Shown: piece after piece, positions 1-17,398 of the stretch
Position numbering within the stretch: position 1 is the stretch's first letter
Layout: each line of letters opens with the position of its first letter
Source of the DNA: the human T2T-CHM13v2.0 reference genome, Homo sapiens
Direction: 5' to 3' (one strand)
NCBI RefSeq assembly: GCF_009914755.1
Contig: NC_060935.1
Length of the DNA: 64,000 nucleotides
Program-made: the position numbers and the translations under genes
Notes under the pieces: generated by a model
Database searches by the model: none
Seen by the model: only the letters and a program-made list of their open reading frames with translations
Told to the model about the DNA's origin: nothing

Positions 1-605
1 CACCATAAACCCCAACAACTCACACTACTGCAACAAACATCCCCACTGTTGCATGCTGAGGATCCATGTAATCTTTGTCAGTACCAAACCCAGCTGACAG
101 AGCTGCAAAGAGACTGCACAGCTGTGCACTCAGTGATGCCAGAACTGCTGTTGCATCCCACCTAGCAAACACTCTTGCACCTCCTTTTTACCCATAGGAA
201 AAGGTGTTTATACAACAAAAACTAGTCTGTAAATTCTAGTATAGGTGACTGCTCTACAAATGCACAGAAATCAACATAAGGCAGTAAAGAACATGAACAA
301 CTAAGTAGACATACTACCAAAATAACACAGTCTCCCAGTAGCTGACCCCAAAGAAATAAAGATGTATAAACTGCCTCACAGACCATTTAAAATAATTGCT
401 TTAAGAAAGCTCAGCAAACTTCAAGAAAAAACAGATAAACAATTCAGTGAAATAAGGAAAATAATAAATGATCAAATGAATACACTTAACAGAGAGATTA
501 AAATTATTTTAAACAACAAATTTTGGAGCTGAAAAATACAATAAATGAAGTGAAAAATGCAATAGACCCAGTAATGCAATTGCTGAGTCAAATGAGGCAA
601 ATCCT
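1..605 (+). mobile_element. Old L1M 5'UTR/ORF1 fragment
   Basis: A-rich decayed ORF1 sequence; shares cccagtagctgaccccaaagaaat with the L1M at about 30927. Confidence 0.65.
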
Positions 606-2133
606 ATATCTTTGAGGATTTGCCACACTGTCTTCCATAATGGTTGAACTAATTTATACTCCCACCAAAACTGTGAAAGCATTTCTTTTCTCTGCATCCT
701 CTCCAGCATCTGTTATTTCTTGATTTTTTTAAATAATTGCCATTCTGACTTGCATGAGATGGTATCTTCCTGTGGTTTGGCTTGCATTTCTCTAATAATC
801 AGTGAAGTTGAGCTTTTTTCGTATGCTTGTTGGCCACATGAATGTCTTCTTTTGAGAACTGTCTGTTCATGTCCTTTGCCCAGTTTTTAATGGGATTGCC
901 TGTTTTTTTTCTTGTACATTTGTTTAAGTTCATGGTAGACTCTGAATATTAGATCTTTGTCAGATGGGTAGATTGCAAAAATCTTCTCCCATTCTGTAGG
1001 TTGTCTGTTCAGTCTGATCATAGTTTCTTTCTTTCTTTTTCTTTTTTTTTTTTTTTTTTTTTTTTTGGGAGACGGAGTCTCTGTCACCCAGGCTGTAGTG
1101 TAGTGCAGTGGTGTGATCTCAGCTAACTGCAACCTCTAGCCCCTGGGTTCAAGTAATTCTCTGCCTCAGCCACCCAAGTAGCTGGGATTACAGGTGCCCA
1201 CCACCACGCCCAGCTAATTTTTGTATTTTTAGTAAAGACAGTGTTTCGCCATCTTGGCCATGTTGGTCTTGAACTCCCAACCTCATGATCCACCTGCCTC
1301 AGCCTCCCAAGAGCTGGGATTACAGGCATAAGCCACCGCACCTGGCCTCATGATAGTTTCTTTTGGTATGCAGAAGTTCTTTAGTTTAAGTATGTCTGTT
1401 TTGTCAATTTTTGCTTTTGTTGCAATTGCTTTTGGCATTTTCACCATAAAATTTTTGCACTTGCCTATGTCCTGAATGGTATTGCCTAGAGTCTCTTCTA
1501 GGACCTTTACAGCTTTGGATTTTACATTTAAGTCTTTAATCCATCTCGAGTTAATTTTTCTATAAGGTCTAAGGAAGGGGTCCTGTTTCAATTTTCTGCA
1601 TATGGCTAGGCAGTTCTCCTAGCACCATTTATTAAAGAGGGAATGTTTTCCCCATTGCTTGTTTTTGTCAGGTTTGTTGAAGATCAGGTGGTTCTAGGTG
1701 TGCAGTCTTATTTCTGAGTTCTCTATTTTGTTCCATTGCTCTACATGTCTGTTTTTGTACCAGTACCATACTGTTTTGGCTACTGTAGCCTTCTAGTATA
1801 GTTTGAAGTCAGGTACCATGACATCTCCAGTTGTGTTCTTTTTGCTTAGCAAAAATTTTAAAATAGTTTTTTTCTAATCCTGTGAAGAATGTCAATGGTA
1901 GTTTAACTGAAATAGCATTGAATCTGTAAATTACTTTGAGCAGTATGATCATTTTCACGTTATTGATTCTTCCTATCCATGAGCATGGAATGTTTTCTTA
2001 TTTGTTTGTGTTCTCTCTAACTTCCTTGAGCAGTAGTTTGTAGCTCCCCTTGAAGACATTCTTCACTTCCCTTGTTAGCTGTATTCCTAGGTATTTTATT
2101 CTCTTTGTAGCAATTGCAAATGGAAGTTCATTC
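606..2133 (-). mobile_element. L1P ORF2 3' fragment, interrupted by Alu
   Basis: Minus-strand ORFs resemble L1 ORF2 ([22 protein letters not shown]). Confidence 0.9.
1031..1347 (-). mobile_element. AluS
   Basis: Poly-T plus dimeric Alu; TSD atagtttcttt on both sides. Confidence 0.95.
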
Positions 2134-2135
2134 AT

Positions 2136-2380
2136 ATCACTTGAGTCCAGGTGTTGGAGACAAGCCTGGGCAACATGGCCAAACCCTATCTCTACAAAAA
2201 AATTAAAAATTAGCTGGGCATGATGGCTCATGCCTGTAGCCCCAGCTACTCTGGAGGCTGAAGTGAGAGGATCTCTTGAGCCCAGGAGGTTGAGTCTAAA
2301 GTGATCCAGGATTGCACCACTACACTCTAGCCTGGACAACAGAGTGAGACCCTCTCTCAAAAAAAAAAAAAAAAAAAAAA
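2136..2380 (+). mobile_element. AluJ, 5'-truncated
   Basis: gagcccaggaggttgag J-type sequence; poly-A tail. Confidence 0.9.
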
Positions 2381-2856
2381 GAATATATAAAGAAATCCTA
2401 CTAAGTACTAAGAAACAGACTAACATAAAATTGGATATAAAATGTGAATAGGTACTTCTCAAATGAGGATCACCAAGTATCCAATAGTCATATAAGAATG
2501 TGCTCAACATCACTAGCATTAAAGGAAATGAAAAACCTCAAATACAACTCTACTACAAATATGCTAAAATATAAAATTACAAAAAATAAAAACATCAAGT
2601 ATTAGCAATATGTGCAAGTCTCATATTGTGTATGAGGGAAGCATAAATTGATATTTTTAGGAAGCTGTTTAGCAGAATCAACTATAGCCAATTAAAAGTA
2701 TGCCCATGACTCAGCAATCACATTCCTAGGTATATATTCCTAGGTATAACAGAAATTAGTCCATATTTGAACAAAAAAATGTTTAGAATGTTTCTAGTAA
2801 CTTTATTCAAAAATAGAAAACTGGAAAAAATTGAATCATCCATCAACTGTAAAAAG

Positions 2857-3297
2857 TGTTGCAGAATCTTGCTCCTTAGTTCAGCTAAAACTGGGTTCTT
2901 GTCACTAAACCAGGAAAATTTAGGCATGCAAACACATTGAAGGGTGAGTAGAACAAGATTTTACTGGGTGAAAAGAGAAAAAAAAGAAAAAAAAACTCAG
3001 CAAAGTGAGATGGAGTACTGCTAACAGGCCACTGACCTCACAGATTGGATACTGGGCCACCACACAGGAACTGAAGAGAGCAGCCTCCTCTCCTGCATAA
3101 GGCCTGAATTCCCCGTGGCTCCACCTACTTCCCCCAGTGTACATGTCGGCCTCCAGTCCGCTGTGGGCATGCCCAGACAAGCCCTGGGCAGGTTTCCCCA
3201 TCTGCACAAAAGCATCTGATGTAAACACTTCTGGGGCAGGTGGGAGATTCTCCAGGGACCTTTTTTTTTTAATCTGCCTAAGCATTTGGCTGTCTCA
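2857..3297 (-). mobile_element. ERV1 3' LTR, MER61-like
   Basis: Minus strand reads TGAGACAGCC...CTGCAACA and is preceded by a polypurine tract (revcomp of ttatcccctttaa at 3298). Subfamily is from memory. Confidence 0.7.
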
Positions 3298-5690
3298 TTA
3301 TCCCCTTTAATGAAGTACATCTAGCTGCCATTAGAATAAGGATACGGGTAAGGATGAAGACCGATCTTAACTGCTGCTTCCAACAGTGGGCGCTGTTCGG
3401 GAAAATGGCAGTCAGATCTCCCTCAGAGGCCTATCTAAGGGTCGTTGTTAAAGGGGCCATTGTTGGAGGTTCTGGTTGCATGACCATGTGGAGATTGATG
3501 GCCTGAAGGCAAGAAGAGACAAACAGGGTTATTAAGAAACACATATCAAAATGAAACAAGGGGTGGGTAAGGACAGCTCAGAGATCCTGAGATCTTTTAT
3601 TAGTTTGCACAGGGAGAGGGAGGCCAAAAACCCGACTGGTAAAAAAAGAAAAAGAAAAAAAAAACTTTTGCCCTTTTGCTAGCATGTGAGGCTTCTGGGT
3701 CCCTTCCCCTGAGCCCAATCCTAAGCCAATTGGTTTAAGGTTTGAGAAATTAATTCTTCCCAGTTTGGAGAATGCATCTGAGGGGAGTGTTCCATAGTAT
3801 GGATGAGAAGTGAAGCCAGCTGGACTTCCTGGGTCACATGGGGACTTGGAGAACTTTTCTGTCTAGCTAGAGGATTGTAAATGCACCAATCAGCGGTCTG
3901 TGTCTAAAGGATTGTTAACGCACCAATCGGCACTCTGTAAAAACACACCAATCAGCACTCTGTGTCTAGCTAAAGGATTGTAAATGCACCAATCAGCACT
4001 CTGTGTCTAGCTAAAGGACTGTAAATGCACCAATCAGCACTCTGTAAAATGGACCAATCAGCAGGGCGTGGGCAGGGAAAAATAAGGGAATAAAAGCTGG
4101 CCACTCCGGCCAGCAGTGGCAACCCGCTTGGGTCCCCCTCCATGCTGTGGAAGCTTTGTTCTTTCGCTCTTCACAATAAATCTTGCTGCTGCTCACTCTT
4201 TGGGTCCGCACTACCTTTATGAGCTGTAACACTCACCGTGAGGGTCTGTGGCTTCATTCCTAAAGTCAGCGAGACCATGAACCCATGGGGAGGAATAAAA
4301 AACTCTGGACATGCCACCTTTAAGAGCTGTAACACTCACTGTGAAGGTCTCCAGCTTCACTCCTGAAGTCAGTGAGACCACTAATCCACTGGAAGGAAGA
4401 AACTATGGACACCTCTGAACATCTGAAGGAACAAACTCTGGACACACCATCTTGAAGAGCTGTAACGCTCACCGTGAGGGTCCGTGGCTTCATTCTTGAA
4501 GTCAGTGAGACCAAGAACCCACCAGAAGGAATAAATTCCAGACACATGGAGACACAATTATGTATCAGTGAAGAGAGAAAGGGAAAGAAAAAGGAAAAAA
4601 TAAGGTATTTTTTTCAGAGGAGTCCTACAGGTTCAGGATGCATTTGAAAGGGGTACAGACTGAAGATGAATGACTACTCATCTAGAAAGAGGGGAGCAGG
4701 TGTCCCTGGTTACTTTCTCTTCCTAGTCAATGCCCAGGGTATATCAGGGAGGGAAAGTGAGACATTCCTCTTTCTTTCCTCTGTCCTTGTATCCCCAAGT
4801 CCTGGCAACCGTGATAGGGTGCCCTCCATGGGTGTCAAAGCAGCTTTTGCCCATGTTAATGGGGAGGGGGTGGGGAAGGGAATATTTGCTCTTACCCTAT
4901 CTCCTCTGCTGTCAGTAGCCTTTGAATTCCCTAGTCCTCATTTTGCACCATGGATACTAGCATGACCTTATCCATGAAATGGGAAGCAAACCTCATATCT
5001 GACCCGAATAATTTAGTTTGCCTATTTATATTTTGACTACATCTGCATTTCACCAAAAATCTTTAAGGCTGCTTTTATTTCTCAAAGATTAAAGTCATGT
5101 GAACTAAAATGTACCACAGCTTTTATCTTCCCTTTTAAAAAATATTTGATCCAAGTGCTTATCTTCCTTTAGGCCAATTAATTAGCAATTTTTTAATAGA
5201 CATCACACATACAATACATATATAACTACACAGACAGGCAGAAGAAATCCAGCATCCATAAGATTTTTCATTTGCTAATCTCCTAATTGGATTATTGGTC
5301 TCTGGGTGGAGCCCTTTAAGAGACAGGGCTAGGAAAACATGCAGCTTCTAGGGTCTAATAAACAGGCACGACTGGGAGGCAAAATAGATTTTGAGAGAGA
5401 TCAATCCACTTTTAATTCCTGGGGTTCCATGATGAAAACTGATTTCTTCCCAAAACAGGGTGAGTGGTGCCTTCGCCGTTTTTCCCAAGGAGTCCAATGA
5501 CCCCAGGAGTTATCTTAAGGCCTCTCATGTGTGTATCGAGTGGAAAGACAAAATGGAGAAAAAGAATTTAGACAACTGAGAACAAAACCTTTTTCCAGCA
5601 AAACAAGATCCAAGAAAAGAAAAACATAAAGGCCTTTTTAAATATACCTATAACTTGGATATCCACTTTTAATTAAGTTGAGTGCTCTTT
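3298..5690 (-). mobile_element. ERV1 internal sequence (MER61/HUERS-P3-like), no 5' LTR
   Basis: Contiguous with the PPT and LTR; interrupted by LTR12; ends abruptly at Tigger1. Confidence 0.6.
3804..4546 (+). mobile_element. LTR12 (ERV9) solo LTR
   Basis: TGAGAAGTGAAGCCAGCTGG...CCAGACACA; CCAAT repeat array; repeated U5 units; 4-bp TSD TGGA. Confidence 0.93.
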
Positions 5691-6414
5691 AATGCTCATT
5701 TACCATGCAAAAATCCTAAGCCTTTAAGAATAATGCCAAGTCTACTCTGCCTGCGCCCTATAAATGGAACAGCATATGAATAACACCTGGATAACAGCAC
5801 ATCTGTTTACAGCATGTTTACTAAATATTTTGAGCCCAGTGTTGAAATCTACTGTGCCAAAAAAAAAACACTTTAAAAATATTACTGCTCATTGACAATG
5901 CACCTACTCACCCAAGAGTTCTGATGGAGATATACAAGGAGATAAAGTTTTTTCATGACTTTTCCTTTTCCTCCTTTTCCTCCTATTGCTCTATAGGATA
6001 TTAACCATTTCATGATTTTAACACAATACCTATTCTGCAGCCAATGGAGCAAGGAGTAATTCTGACTTTCAAGTCTTATTATTTAAGAAATACTTTTTTA
6101 GGACTATAGCTGCAATAGATGGTGATTCTTCTAATGGGCCTGGGCAAAGTGAATCCGGGAAAACCTTCTGGAAAGAATTCACCCTTCTAGATGCCATTAA
6201 GAACATTTTTGATTCATGGAAAGAGGTCAAAATATCAACATTAAGAAGAATTTAGAAGAAATGAAGACCAAGCCTCATGGATGAGTTTGAGAGGTTTAAG
6301 ACTTCAGTAGAGGAAGTAACTGCAGATGCGGTGGAGATAGCAAGCAAACTAGAATCAGAAGTGGAGCCTGAATGTGACAGAATTGCTGCAATCTCATAAA
6401 ACTTGATTGCATAA

Positions 6415-6713
<299 letters not shown>

Positions 6714-7162
6714 AGGAGTTGCTTCTTATGAATGAGCAAAGAAAGTGGTTTTCTGAGATGAAATCTACTCCTGCTGCAGATGCTATGAGCACTGTTGAAA
6801 TGACAACAAAGGATTTAGAATACTACACATACTTAGTTGATAAAGCGGTGGCAGAGCTGAAGAGGATTGACTTCAATTTTGAAACAAGTTCTGTGAGTAA
6901 AATACTATCAAACAGCATCACATGCTACAGAGAAGTCTTTCAAGAAAGGAAGAGTCAATCATCATGACAAACTTCCTTGTCTTATTTTAGGAAATCACTA
7001 CAGCCATCCCAACCTTTAGCAACCACCACCCTGAGAAGTCAGCAGCCATTAACATCAAGGCAAGACCCTCTACCAACAAAAGATTATGACTCACTGAAGT
7101 CTCAGATGATCACTGGCATTTTTAACAATAAAGTATTTTAATTAAGATATGTCCAGTTTTAA

Positions 7163-7503
<341 letters not shown>

Positions 7504-7720
7504 TAATAACTTTTATATGCATGGAAAAACCAAAAAATTACTGTGATTCACTTTATTGCAATATTTGCTTTATTGTGGTGATCTAGAACTAAACCCACAA
7601 TATCTCCAAGGTGTGTCTGTATTTATGTATATATAATATTAAAATAATTCAAAGATCTAATATAGGGGCAAGTCATATTACAAATTAGACGGCTCAAATT
7701 TTAAAGATATCAATCCTTCC

Positions 7721-8105
7721 TGTGGCAAATTAGAAGTGATCATAAACTCTTTGACACTCCTTGACCACAGAAAAAGTCAAGTCTAGGTCCCTTTCTCTTG
7801 AATCTAAGTGGACTTTGAACATTTTGACTCACAGAATATAGGAGAAATGATACTGTGACTTTCTAGGCCCACGCTTCAAAAGGACACAGCTTCCATTCTC
7901 TATACCTTAGAGCACTCTCTCTGGGACCCCTGAGCTGCTATACAGGAAGTCCAGCTACATTGACACTGCCCTGCTGTAGAAGCCACCTGCAGTGGCTTTT
8001 ATCAGAGTCTCAGTTCAGCCAGCCTTACTTGCCAGTATATCAGGCATGAGTGAGGTCCTCTCAGACCCTTCAGACCAACCTATCCATCAACTGAATATCA
8101 CCAAA
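7721..8105 (+). mobile_element. MLT1G/H-like MaLR LTR fragment
   Basis: tgtggc...ctttgacactcc...cttgaatct start resembles MLT1G; a related piece lies at about 8460-8600. Confidence 0.6.
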
Positions 8106-8111
8106 ATTAAC

Positions 8112-8325
8112 AAGCTGAGAGAATACATGGACACATAGAGGGAAATGACAGACACTGGGGCCTATCCAAGGGTGAAGGGCGGGAGTAGAGAGAGGACCAG
8201 GAAAAATAACTAATGAGTATCAGGTTTAATACCTGCATGATGAAATAATCTGTTCAACAAACCCCCATGACACAAGTTTACCTATATAACAAACCTGCAC
8301 AGGTACTCCTGAACTTAAAATAAGA
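8112..8325 (+). mobile_element. L1PA (older) 3'UTR end
   Basis: aacccccatgacacaagtttacctatataacaaacctgcac terminus. Confidence 0.8.
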
Positions 8326-8829
8326 GTTTAGACACAAAACTCATTCTAAATGTATGTGGAAATTAAATGAGACAAGAATGTCCAAGTTTATGTTGAAGAA
8401 GAATAAAGTTGGAGAACTCATGCTACCAAATATCAAGACTTATTCTAAAGCTACTAGTTTCTTGAGACACTCTGTTTCTGGGGGAGCCATGAGGGGCCAT
8501 ATTACAAGTATAACTACACTGAGACTGCAGAACTGGAGAAGCCACCTATAGAGCCTGTTGTCAGAGTCCTAGCAATTGAGAGATTTAATAACTGTCCCAG
8601 TTATTAAGACAGTGCATGTGTAAAATATGCCAACAAAACAGAATAGAGTTCAAAAACAGATGTACACATTTTTAGACAATTTATAACAAGAACAGTTCAG
8701 AGCTGTATAAAGTATAGTTTTCAATAAATTGTCTTACAATGGGATAAAATGTACTTATAACTTTCAATAAATTCATAAAAATGAATGAGTTCCAGGCAGA
8801 TTATAGATCTAATTGTTAAAGATAATACA

Positions 8830-11305
8830 ATCAACAAAATATTAGCAAGTGAAACCCAACAGCATATTATTTACAAAGAAACAGAATTATTTAAAATGAC
8901 CAAGTTAGATTTATCCTAGAAATGCAAGGGTGGTTCAATATAAGAAAATCAATCAGTGTAATATATCAAATTAATAAAACAAAGGGGAATAAAATGATAT
9001 GATTATCTCAATTGTTGCAGGAAAAGCATATAACAAAATTCAACACCTTGCATGATAAAAACTCAGAAAACTAGGAATAGAGGAAAAATTTCTGAACACT
9101 ATAAAGGATATTTATGAATGAATACAGATAATATGATTATCTATGGTAAAAGACTGAAAGACTTCTCTCTAAGATCAGGAACAAGACAAGGATGCCCTCT
9201 TCCACCTCTGCTATTTGACATTGTACTGGAAGATCTAGCTAGAGCAGTTAGACAAAAAAAAAAAAAAAAAAGAAACAAAAGGCATCTAAATTGAAAAGAA
9301 AGTGGCAAAGCTCTCTCTGTCAGTAGATAACATTATCTTCTACATAGAAAATAAAAAAGAATCCATATAACAGCTAGTAAAAGCATTTATCAAAGTAGCA
9401 AGGTATAAGATCAACACGCAAAAATTAGTTATGTTTTTATATACCAGTAATGAACAATCCAAAAAGGAAATCAAGAAAGCAATACCATTTACAATAGCAT
9501 ATAAAAAACTAAATACTTAGGAATAAAACAAACCAAGGAGGTGAAAGACTTGTATGCTAAAAACTAGAAAATATTGCTGAAAGTAATTAAAGGAGATCTA
9601 AATAAATGTAAAGACATATGTGTTCATGGATAGAAAGTCTTAACATTGCTAAGACATTAATACTGTTACCCAAAGCAATATATAGATTCGATGCAATTTC
9701 TATCAAAATCCCAACAGCCTTTTTGCAAGAATGGAAAATAAGTTCTTCAAATTCATTTGGAATTACAGGCCAAAATGATCTTGGGAAAGAACAATAATGT
9801 TGGAGGACTCACACTTCCTGACTCCAAAAACTGTAGCAAAGCTACAGTTATTAAAAGTATGGTAATGGCATGAAGACAAACATACAGACATATTGAAAAA
9901 AATTGAGAGCCCAGAAATAAAGTCTTGCATATATGGTCAATAGATTTTTGTCAAGAATGTCAGGACCACTGAATGGGGAAGGGACAGTATTCTCAACAAA
10001 TGCTGTGGGAAAATTGGATATCTATATGCAAAAGAATCAAGTTGGACCCTTTATACCATATACAAAAATTAACTGAAGAGAAACTTAACATCTAAACTTA
10101 AACAAAAGACAAAACTATAAAATGCTTAGAAGGAAAGAGTGCGGAAAATATTTACAAGACTGGATTTGGCAATAATTTCATAGATATGACACCAAAGGCA
10201 CAAAGCAGCAAAAGCAAAAAGAGATAAATTCGACTTAATCAAAATTAAGAACTTCTGTGCATCAAAAAACACTCAAAAGAGTGAAAAGACAATCTACAGA
10301 GTGGGAAAATAGTTGCAAATCATATATCTGACAAGGAATTAATATCCAGAATATATAAAGAACTCCTATAACTTAATAATAACAAAAAATTTTCAAAGTG
10401 GGCAAAGAACTTGAATAGACATTTCTCTAAAGAACATAGACAATGACTAATAACCACATGAAAAGATGTTCAGCATCACTAACCATTAGGGAACTGAAAA
10501 ATCAAAACCACAATGAGATACCACTTCATACCCATTGGGACAGCCATCACTAAAAAAGGAAAGGAGGGAGGGAGGAAGGAAAGAAAGAAAAAAGGAAGGA
10601 AGGAAGGAAGGAAACAAGTGTTGGTGAGGATGTGGAGAAATTGGAACCTTGCGTCTGCTGGTGGGAATGTGAAATGTTAGAGCCTCTGTGGAAAACAGTG
10701 TGGTGGTTCCTAAAAAAGTTACACATAACATTACCATATCTTCCAGCAATTCCACTTCTAGGTATATACCTCCAAAGAACCAAAAGCAAGGACTCAAACA
10801 GATATTGGTACACTAAGTCAATGTCAACATTATTCATGATAGCCAAAAAATGGAAACAATCCAAATGGCCATCATCAGATGAATGAATAAACAAAATGTG
10901 TTATATATGTATGCAATAAAATATTATTGTCTTACAAATGAATGAAATTCTAATGCGTTCAACACCTTGAAAGCAAACCTTGAAAATGTTATGCTTAGTT
11001 AAATAAGCCAGGCACAGAAAGACAAATGTTGTATAATTCCACTTACATGAGGTATCTAGAATAGGCAAATTCATACAGCCAGAAAGCAAAATAGAGGTTA
11101 CAAGGAGACGGAAGAAGAGGAGAAGGGAAGATACTGCTTAATGGGGAGTATTTCATCTTGTTGGGATGATGAAAAAGTTTTGGTTATAGATAGTGATGAT
11201 TGGTACACAGCATTGTGAATGTATTTAATACCACTGAATTGTATACATACAAATGGTTTAAATGATAAATAATATGCTAAGTATATCTTACCACAATTGA
11301 AAAGG
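8830..11305 (+). mobile_element. L1MB ORF2 and 3'UTR
   Basis: Decayed RT and C-terminal domain; L1MB-type 3' end; (GGAA)n at 10557-10613. Confidence 0.85.
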
Positions 11306-11838
11306 ATAATACAATAGGCTTCTAGATTTTAGCATAGGTGATTATCATCATCATCTTGGAGCAGCTAAAGATTTCCTAAAATAGATACAGAGAGCACTGA
11401 TCATGGGGGATAATATTGATAAAATGGTATACATTAAAATCAGGAACATCTATTAAAGGACACTATTTAGAAAGTGAAAAGGCAAGCCACAGACTAGGAG
11501 AAGGTATTTCAAAGTATACAGTATCCTAAAAGGTTTACTTTCAAGTTTTGGTAACTTCAAAAGTACAAACTCAAACAAATCATTTTATCATTTAATTACT
11601 TAAATTTATTTTACATGTATTTAGTTTTATGAATTTTTAGTAATACAATTTAATGTCCATTTTTCATTTCAGTCACTCTGAAGATGGAAATTTTTTTCTA
11701 TAGAGTCAATTTGCTGAACATGAAAAAACCAGTGCCACATAGCACAGGGAGGTCTCCAAGAGCCCCTGTGTCTTTCTATTGAGCCCCAAAGCCCCATCCA
11801 GATCTCTTCATCCTTCTTGATGAGTTTTCCTATAGTAC

Positions 11839-12615
11839 CTTTTCTTTCTTTTTTTTTTTTTATTATTATACTTTAAGTTTTAGGGTACATGTGCACAACG
11901 TGCAGGTTAGTTACATATGTATACATGTGACATGTTGGTGTGCTGCACCCATTAACTCGTCATTTAACATAAGGTATATCTCCTAATGCTATCCCTCCCC
12001 CATCCCCCACCCCACAACAGGCCCCAGTGTGTGATGTTCCCCTTCCTGTGTCCATGTGTTCTCATTGTTCAATTCCCACCTATGAGTGAGAACATGTGGT
12101 GTTTGGTATTTTTGTCCTTGCCATAGTTTGCTAAGAATGATGGTTTCCAGCTTCATCCATGTCCCTACAAAGGACATGAACTCATCATTTTTTATGGCTG
12201 CATAGTATTCCATGGTGTATATGTGCCACATTTTCTTAATCCAGTCTATCATTATTGGACATTTGGCTTGGTTCCAAGTCTTTGCTATTGTGAATAGTGC
12301 CACAATAAACATATGTGTGCATGTGTCTTTATAGCAGCATGATTTATAATCCTTTGGGTATATACCCAGTAAAAAAAGAGCCTGCATTGCCAAGTCAATC
12401 CTAAGCCAAAAGAACAAAGCTGGAGGTATCATGCTACCTGACTTCAAACTATACTACAAGGCTACAGTCACCAAAACAGCATGGTACTGGTACCAAAACA
12501 GAGATATAGACCAATGGAACAGAGCAGAGCCCTCAGAAATAATGCTGCATATCTACAACCATCTGATCTTTGACAAACCTGACAAAAACAAGAAATGGGG
12601 AAAGGATTCCCTATT
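11839..12615 (-). mobile_element. Young L1PA with 5' inversion
   Basis: Poly-T plus antisense 3' end to 12371, then sense ORF2 piece 12371-12615; no TSD found. Confidence 0.9.
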
Positions 12616-12619
12616 ATTA

Positions 12620-16130
<3,511 letters not shown>

Positions 16131-16897
16131 ATTCTACATCCTTCACTAAACTCAGACTTCAGAGAAAGTCATCGTTTTCCATGCCAAGCAAGGAGATGAA
16201 ATGTGCACAGCATGTCAATCAGTGGGAAAAGTCCTATCCATTCCAGTTTCCCCTTGCTTCCTGCCACAGCCTGCCTGAAGTACCTCTAAATGCATAGTTT
16301 TGTGTTGCCTAGGGGTTAATCTGTAAGTGAAAATAGTATTTTCATTAATTAGCCACTTCTTGGCTCTCCCCAGAATCACACACCAGAACAGAAGCTCATT
16401 GCAAACTTCAAGTAGAGATGTCCAGTGTTTTAAGAAAATCTGTGAGAAAAATATGTCAGGAATCCCCAGACATTGTGAAAATATGGTTGCAGTATGGCAA
16501 AAGATGCTAAGTTATGAACTCCAATCCTGCTCCTTCAGCTTTTTCAAACTTAACCACTGCGCTTACCTGGGGGTGTAGGTAGGGAGAGTCGGAATGTTGG
16601 TTCATTCAGCTGTGGCAGAACAAAAGCACCCCTGAGAAATATCTACCTGAAAACCAACTGGAAGGCCCTACAGTGATACGTTAGAGGGCTCTTCATACAA
16701 CTTAGAATTGTCCTCCTCCTATGGCTCAGAAACTGTCATAGCTGGCCTATAACTTCTGTGGGTACAAATTATCTGAGACCTCCACATCAGGAAATAGCCC
16801 CTTGGAAGAGTGACAGAAAACCAAGGATCCCAAAGGCTCACTATCCTTTTGAAAGGACCCTCTTATAAAGGACCCAGGACTATCAGTTATAGATGTT

Positions 16898-16945
16898 ATG
16901 GAGGTGGGAAGAACAAAAGGAACCAAAGTCCAAAAATCAGCTTTG
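16898..16945 (+). CDS. Putative first coding exon of the MS4A-like gene (MEVGRTKGTKVQKSAL)
   Basis: ATG in gttATGg context; 16 open codons; TTG|GTAAAA phase-0 donor; 306-nt intron to the next acceptor; in-frame upstream TGA at 16850-16852. TKV..L resembles the MS4A pre-TM1 segment. Confidence 0.45.
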
Positions 16946-17251
16946 GTAAAATAAGAGAAATCTAGGGAAGGTCAGAAATACCAAGTCTAGTTGCCTGTAG
17001 AACATAAAAGCTGTATATTCAGGATAAGATTGTTGACCTAGGTCAAGAATTCTTGACCATACAGGTACATAGTCATTATATCTACAAACTGCTCTGAAAT
17101 AATAAACTTTCCTTATCTGAGTTGAATGTTGAGAAATTTAAAATTCTGTTAGGTCATCACCTTCTGTCTTCATCATGGCTTTTTCTTGATGTGTATTCCT
17201 TTCAAAGGTTGAACTAAAATAATAATTAGTGATAGTGTTATTTTCTTCTAG

Positions 17252-17398
17252 GCGATACAAGTAATGACTGGCATACTTCTTCACTGCCTGGGACTGCTCT
17301 GGATGTATTTGTTACTCACACAAACTACTGCATTTGGAGCCACATATATTCCTCTTGCATTACTAACGGCATACCCATTTTGGTCATCCTTGCTTGTG
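17252..17398 (+). CDS. MS4A-like exon encoding TM1 and first half of TM2
   Basis: ttttcttctag acceptor; translates AIQVMTGILLHCLGLLWMYLLL...AYPFWSSLLV; donor GTG|GTAAAT at 17399 (alternative CTT|GTGGTA at 17396). Confidence 0.88.

Noticed and set aside
200-600. Similarity to about 30800-31200 suggesting a duplication
   Set aside because: Diverged copies of related L1M ORF1, not a segmental duplication.
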